NCBI RefSeq assembly: GCF_000012545.1
Contig: NC_007681.1
Location: 1,410,001 to 1,442,000, forward strand
Direction of reading: 5' to 3'
DNA from: Methanosphaera stadtmanae DSM 3091
GTDB taxonomy: Archaea > Methanobacteriota > Methanobacteria > Methanobacteriales > Methanobacteriaceae
Length of the DNA stretch: 32,000 nucleotides
The translations under genes were made by a program, and so were the position numbers. The notes beneath the pieces were generated by a model. That model was not told where the DNA came from and made no database searches. It worked only from the letters and a program-made list of their open reading frames with translations. Shown here in pieces: positions 27,195-32,000 of the stretch; the stretch's first letter is position 1; each line of letters begins with the position of its first letter.

Positions 27195-27734
27195 ATGGCT
27201 AAGAAAAAAGTTAAATATACATTTGATTATGATTCTAAATTTTTAAATGAACACAATGTTAAAAAACTAGCATATGAACTTACTCATGATTCTGATACTA
27301 GTAATAAAATATTAGACTGTTTATTTACTGCTGAAGTTACAGATGAACAAATAGCTGAAGCTACTGGTATTAAATTAAACTTTGTAAGAAAAATATTATA
27401 CAAATTCTATGATGTGGGTATGGCTAATTATACAAGAAAAAAAGATCCTGAAACACAATGGTTTACTTATTATTGGAGATTTGATTCAAGAAAAGCTGCA
27501 CAAATCCTAGAAAAACAATACAACCACCATAATCAAGAAATTAAAGAATCAATTGAATATGAAGAAAATAATATGTTTTTTGTATGTCCTAATGGATGCA
27601 GATATCCATTTGATGAAGCTACAGAATTTCAATTTATATGTCCAAGATGTAATGAAAAATTAGAATTTAAAGATAACAGTGATCTTATCCATGATCTCAA
27701 AAAATTAGAGTCAGCATACAAAATTAATGAATAA
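27195..27734 (+). CDS. tfe: Transcription factor E (TFIIE alpha homologue)
   Basis: Winged-helix region (EVTDEQIAEATGIKLNFVRKILYKF...YWRFD) plus Zn ribbon (CPNGC...CPRC). ATG 27195 is preferred over the track's TTG at 27162. Confidence 0.85.
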   Translation: MAKKKVKYTFDYDSKFLNEHNVKKLAYELTHDSDTSNKILDCLFTAEVTDEQIAEATGIKLNFVRKILYKFYDVGMANYTRKKDPETQWFTYYWRFDSRKAAQILEKQYNHHNQEIKESIEYEENNMFFVCPNGCRYPFDEATEFQFICPRCNEKLEFKDNSDLIHDLKKLESAYKINE

Positions 27735-27807
27735 AAAAAAATTAAACACCTTCTTTTTTTATAACTTCTTTTTTTAATATTAAACAAAAATAGGAAAGTA
27801 ATTACAC

Positions 27808-28302
27808 ATGTCTGAAGTTGATAAATTAATTAAAAATATTTATAATAAATTAGAATGTTCTAAATACATTATAGATCATTCCACCACAGTTTATGAAAGA
27901 ACCAAAGATATTACACCCCATTATGACAATATTGATTTAGATCTTATTAAAGCTGGAGCAATGTTACATGATGTTGGAAGAACTGTTACAAATGATATTA
28001 AACATGCATACCTTGGAGCAGATCTACTTCGTCAATTAAATGTTGATGAAAAAATATGTAAAATAACAGAACGTCATATTGGTGCTGGAATAAGTGCTAA
28101 AGAAGCCCAAAAATTAAGATTACCACCACGTAATTACATACCCCAAACTCTTGAGGAAAAAATTGTTGCACATGCAGATAATCTTGTTCATGGAACAGAA
28201 CCTGTGGATTTAGATTTTGTTATTAATAAATGGACAAAAAAAGGCATGGCTACAGAATCAATAGACAGACTTATTAAATTACATAATGAATTAATAAAGT
28301 AG
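27808..28302 (+). CDS. HD/HDIG-domain metal-dependent phosphohydrolase
   Basis: H...HDVGR, RHIGAG and HADNL motifs. 164 aa. Confidence 0.75.
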   Translation: MSEVDKLIKNIYNKLECSKYIIDHSTTVYERTKDITPHYDNIDLDLIKAGAMLHDVGRTVTNDIKHAYLGADLLRQLNVDEKICKITERHIGAGISAKEAQKLRLPPRNYIPQTLEEKIVAHADNLVHGTEPVDLDFVINKWTKKGMATESIDRLIKLHNELIK

Positions 28303-28956
28303 ATGATTAACATGACAATAGCAATTTATACTGGATTATCAATTTCATTTAAAGAAGCTAAAACAATATTAGATGCTACGTATTATCCTCCTGTAAAAAG
28401 AGGCGATATTGATGAATTACTCTCAAAAAATGATAATATTGAAATTATTGGTATAATAGATGGCGTTTTTCATCAAAGTCCTGCTGTAGCTCATAAAGAA
28501 ATTTTAAGAGCATTGAAAAGGAATATTACTGTTGTTGGTGGTGCTAGTATGGGTGCACTTCGTGCTTGTGAATTATATCCATATGGTATGATTGGAATTG
28601 GAACTATTTTTAATGACTATAAAAAAGGTGTTATTGACTCTGATGATGATGTTTCTGTTGCTTTAAATCCAGATACCTTAGAGCAATTATCTCAACCCTG
28701 GATTAATCTTAAATATAATTTTGATAACGCAAGAAAAGACAAAATCATTACACAAGAAGAGGAAGATGAATTATTAAAAATTGCAAAAGACACCTATTAT
28801 CCTAAACGTTCATTTGAATATACAATTAGAAAATCAAGTCTATCTCCAGAAAATATAACAACGTTACTTAACTATATTAATAAAAATAAAATAGATATAA
28901 AACACGATGATGCAAAAAAGGTTATACAATACATTAAAAAAATAAGTAAACAATGA
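28303..28956 (+). CDS. tfuA: TfuA-like protein
   Basis: YYPPVKRGDI, IIDGVFHQSPAVAHKEIL, GGASMGALRACEL and DDDVSVA match the TfuA family core. The ATG abuts the HD stop; an alternative ATG is at 28312. Confidence 0.85.
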   Translation: MINMTIAIYTGLSISFKEAKTILDATYYPPVKRGDIDELLSKNDNIEIIGIIDGVFHQSPAVAHKEILRALKRNITVVGGASMGALRACELYPYGMIGIGTIFNDYKKGVIDSDDDVSVALNPDTLEQLSQPWINLKYNFDNARKDKIITQEEEDELLKIAKDTYYPKRSFEYTIRKSSLSPENITTLLNYINKNKIDIKHDDAKKVIQYIKKISKQ

Positions 28957-28960
28957 TAAT

Positions 28961-29974
28961 ATGAAAATAGAAGAGAAGATAGAGAAATTAAAAGAATATT
29001 TGAAAGATAAAAAATCAATACTAGCATTTAGTGCTGGTTCAGACAGTACACTCATAGCATACATTTTATCACAAGTAAGTCCCAATTCAGTACTTGTTAC
29101 AATAGACAATAACATGATGCCAAAAGACTTTATAAATTATACAAAAGAAAAAGCAAAAGAATTAAATTTAAAACATGACGTAATAAATGTTAACTTTCTA
29201 AAAAACCCAGAATTCATATCAAACAACCAAAAACGCTGTTATAACTGTAGAAAAATAATGTACTTAAAAATCCAAGAACTATCCTATTTTAATGAATATG
29301 ATTATTTCTTAGAAGGAACCAATCTAACAGACCTTCTTGAAGATAGACCTGGAATTTTAGTAAGAAAAACATACAACATGACAAGTCCCCTAATAGAATG
29401 TGGTATAACAAAAAATGATGTATTTAATATGATAAAATACTTAAATCTCACATACTCCCATAACACAACATGTCTTGCAACTAGAGTAAAAACAAATGAA
29501 GAAGTAAGCATGGAAAAATTTAAATTAATAGATGAAGCTGAAACATATCTAAAAAAATACATAAAACAAGAAAATATCCGAGTTAGATTTGATTCATATA
29601 CTGCAACAATATCAATAGATGAACCTCTTGAAGTACTAGATAAGAATTTAATAAAAAATATAAGAGACAAGCTTCAAGAATTAGGTTTTAAAAAGGTATT
29701 ATTAGACATAACAGGATATATGAAAACAAAACTCACATATAACATAGATAATAACATATACTTCTATAAATTACCATATAACATAGATTTAAAAAGAACT
29801 TATGAAAATATAATTGAAAATACAAAACTAGGAGAAGAAAGTAAATTAAATTCAAAAACCATAAACTATGAGGATATAACTATTGAAGATAATGGTAAAA
29901 TAAGTATGCCTGAAACTAATGACTTTATTGATAAATTCAATAAAATTCTACCTTCAATTGAAAGAAAAATATAG
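28961..29974 (+). CDS. LarE-type PP-loop ATP pyrophosphatase (3-Cys variant) with a C-terminal tail of about 80 aa
   Basis: PP-loop SAGSDS (aa 24-29), EDRPG, CYNC (aa 93-96), TTCLATR (C171), IRVRFDSYTATI and LGFKKVLLDITGY are collinear with LarE. The ATG is 4 nt after the tfuA stop. Confidence 0.72.
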   Translation: MKIEEKIEKLKEYLKDKKSILAFSAGSDSTLIAYILSQVSPNSVLVTIDNNMMPKDFINYTKEKAKELNLKHDVINVNFLKNPEFISNNQKRCYNCRKIMYLKIQELSYFNEYDYFLEGTNLTDLLEDRPGILVRKTYNMTSPLIECGITKNDVFNMIKYLNLTYSHNTTCLATRVKTNEEVSMEKFKLIDEAETYLKKYIKQENIRVRFDSYTATISIDEPLEVLDKNLIKNIRDKLQELGFKKVLLDITGYMKTKLTYNIDNNIYFYKLPYNIDLKRTYENIIENTKLGEESKLNSKTINYEDITIEDNGKISMPETNDFIDKFNKILPSIERKI

Positions 29975-29994
29975 AATATAATCTACTATATTCT
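29973..29994. terminator. Hairpin between convergent genes (LarE-like and CBS)
   Basis: AGAATATA (29973-29980), loop ATCTAC, TATATTCT (29987-29994). T-rich on the plus strand afterwards. It could serve both strands. Confidence 0.4.
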
Positions 29995-30019
29995 TCTTTT
30001 AATAAAATAATAATTTAAA

Positions 30020-30856
30020 TTATTGAATCATAGCACGCATTAAATCACTTGATCTTACAAGACCAATTGGTTCATCAGCCATATTCAATACAGGAACTTG
30101 TTCTATATTATATTGCCTTAGAATATTCGCACATTCTTTAACAGAAGTTTTACGAGTAACAGATACTAATTTATCTCCAGCAACATCTTTAACTATTTTA
30201 TCAGAAAATTGTAATCTATTTTTTAAAATATACATTACACTCTGACTATTCCATGTCCATTTATCTCCCTCAGTACTTACTGAACTGTTATGTATAGTTT
30301 GTTCTTCAACAACCCTACTTTCATTAATAAAGTCAGTTTCTGTTAAAATACCAGATGCTTTACCATCATCATTTAATGATATTACTGACTTAAAATTAAA
30401 GAAGTTAGTAATAGAATATGCTATAGGTAATGGTGTTTTATCCCATACCGTTGGGACATTACGTACCATATATTTTTCAACAGGTTCAGTATTATTAATC
30501 TTCCATAATGCTTTATTAGTTATATCTGCCGAAGTTACAATTCCCACTAATTTATTATCCACAGTAATTGGTACTCTACGAATATTATTATTAATCATTT
30601 TACGAGCAACTGAATTTACATCTTCATCTGGAGCTGCAGTTATAGGATTTCTTGACATAATCATTGCAACTTGATCTTCATCAGGATTTTTAATAAGATC
30701 AGATCTTGTTATTACTCCTGCAAGTTCTCCTGTATGTTTTTTAACAATTGGTACACCAGATAATTTCTCTTCTCTTAAAATTTCATAGATACTACTGACT
30801 GTCCCTGGAACTGATCCTGCCTGAACATTTTCTGTCATTATTTCACTTATTTTCAT
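30020..30856 (-). CDS. CBS-domain protein (four CBS repeats)
   Basis: Repeated h.h.PVV/...G.VT..D motifs (SGVPIV...GVITRSDL, RRVPIT...GIVTSADI, GILTETDF, EQVPVL...GLVRSSDL). ATG 30856 has AGGTGA 5 nt upstream. The track's GTG at 30865 lies inside the SD sequence. Confidence 0.85.
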   Translation of the reverse strand: MKISEIMTENVQAGSVPGTVSSIYEILREEKLSGVPIVKKHTGELAGVITRSDLIKNPDEDQVAMIMSRNPITAAPDEDVNSVARKMINNNIRRVPITVDNKLVGIVTSADITNKALWKINNTEPVEKYMVRNVPTVWDKTPLPIAYSITNFFNFKSVISLNDDGKASGILTETDFINESRVVEEQTIHNSSVSTEGDKWTWNSQSVMYILKNRLQFSDKIVKDVAGDKLVSVTRKTSVKECANILRQYNIEQVPVLNMADEPIGLVRSSDLMRAMIQ

Positions 30857-31021
30857 GATAATCACCTGTCCATGTATTTTTAAAACAATTAATTAAAATA
30901 ATAATTACTATTGTCAATTACTATAATATTTAATCATTACTAATAAGATATGTGATTAAGATATAAAAATAGTTAATTAAAAAAAAGAAATAAAATATAA
31001 AAAAAAGTAAAGGAAAGATTA

Positions 31022-32000
31022 TTATTTAGCTTCAATAATAGTTTTACCATTCATATATGGTATTAATACATCAGGTATTTTAATACTTCCATCTTCTTGT
31101 TGATAATTTTCTAAAATACAACATATAGTTCTTTCTGTAGCAATTGCTGTACTATTTAATGTATGTAATATTTGAGCATCACCAGCACCTGCTTTTCCAT
31201 AACGTGTATTGATTTTTCTTGCCTGATAATCCTTACAATTAGTACAAGATACTAATTCACGATATGTTCCAGAACCAGGGAACCATGCTTCAAGATCATA
31301 TTTTATTGCTGCATTATCATTTAATGCTGAAGATACTATAGCTACAATTTGATAAGGTAATCCAAGTTTCTGATAGATTCCTTCAGTTACTTCTAATAAT
31401 TTCTCATGTTCTAAAGTTGAATTTTCCGGTGTAGCATAGATGAATTGTTCTACTTTTTCAAATTGATGTACTCTAAAAATTCCCAAAGTATCTTTTCCAT
31501 GGGATCCTGCTTCTTTTCTAAAACATGTGGAAAGAGCACAGTACCTTAATGGTAAATCTTCAGAATCTATGATTTCATTTCTATGTAGAGCTGCTAATGT
31601 TTGTTCAGCAGTAGCTATTAGATATAAATCCTCATTCTCAACCTTATATAATGTTTCTTCAAATTCACCCAATTCAGATGTTTCTTCTGCAACCTCACTT
31701 TTAATAAAGAAAGGTGTTTGTAGAGGAGTATATCCCTTATCTTTTAATTCATTTAATGCAAATTGAATTAATGCTAAGTTTAAGAATAAAATATCCTGTT
31801 TTAAATAATAAAAACGTGACCCTGCAATTTGAGAAGCAGTGTCTGTGTCAGCACCATCAATTAAATTGATTAAATCAACATGATTTAATGGTTCAAAATC
31901 AAATGATGGAAAATCACCATTTGTTCTTATGACTTCATTATCATCTTCAGTATCAGAAACAGGTACGTTTTCATCTATAATATTACCTACTTTATACCTA
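31022..32000 (-). CDS. serS: Serine--tRNA ligase, canonical (type 1) form; N-terminus outside the window
   Basis: The frame stays open beyond the track's TTG at 31672 to the window edge (...GSRFYYLKQDILFLNLALIQFAL...). Class II motif 2 FRKEAGSHGKDTLGIFRVHQFEKVE and motif 3 region STAIATERTICCILENYQ. Confidence 0.95.
   Translation of the reverse strand, partial: RYKVGNIIDENVPVSDTEDDNEVIRTNGDFPSFDFEPLNHVDLINLIDGADTDTASQIAGSRFYYLKQDILFLNLALIQFALNELKDKGYTPLQTPFFIKSEVAEETSELGEFEETLYKVENEDLYLIATAEQTLAALHRNEIIDSEDLPLRYCALSTCFRKEAGSHGKDTLGIFRVHQFEKVEQFIYATPENSTLEHEKLLEVTEGIYQKLGLPYQIVAIVSSALNDNAAIKYDLEAWFPGSGTYRELVSCTNCKDYQARKINTRYGKAGAGDAQILHTLNSTAIATERTICCILENYQQEDGSIKIPDVLIPYMNGKTIIEAK

Noticed and set aside
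31022-31672. TTG 31672 as the serS start (216 aa)
   Set aside because: My manual translation shows the frame stays open to nt 32000, with canonical SerRS sequence upstream (motif 1 region). The track simply lacked an in-frame start codon further up.

Overview
This is a very AT-rich archaeal window. Gene content and order point to a methanogen of the order Methanobacteriales, Methanosphaera- or Methanobrevibacter-like; this is inferred from comA, aqpM, tfuA and the ftsZ-secE-nusG-rpl11-rpl1-rplP0-rpl12-alaS order. Most of it is conserved housekeeping DNA. Nt 2286-12752 hold a near-complete archaeal exosome/proteasome/RNase P 'superoperon': rpl15e, a DUF54 protein, rnp3, rnp2, psmA, an SBDS protein, rrp4, rrp41, rrp42, rpl37ae, rpoP, a Brix protein, pcc1 and pfdB. 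purB is inserted into this array. Nt 16880-24823 on the minus strand hold the ftsZ-to-alaS cluster. The window edges cut aqpM at its 5' end and a canonical-type serS at its N-terminus. I found no tRNA, rRNA, CRISPR array, transposase, integrase or recognisable defence gene. I therefore do not claim a defence or mobile system. The most unusual loci are small metabolic modules. (1) A tightly coupled HD hydrolase, TfuA and 3-Cys LarE-type PP-loop ATPase unit, with no YcaO in the window. (2) An overlapping pair of a HisA paralogue and a PfkB kinase. (3) A DUF39 (COG1900)-ferredoxin fusion that could act in homocysteine or coenzyme M sulfur insertion. (4) A divergent CofE-like protein downstream of comA. 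At the RNA level, the known Methanococcus-type L1 autoregulatory mRNA mimic is recognisable inside the rpl1 coding region. Two ORFs below the track's size cut-off are supported: rpoP, and a 58-aa membrane protein with a strong Shine-Dalgarno (SD) sequence. Promoters are not called, because TATA-like strings are everywhere at this base composition.
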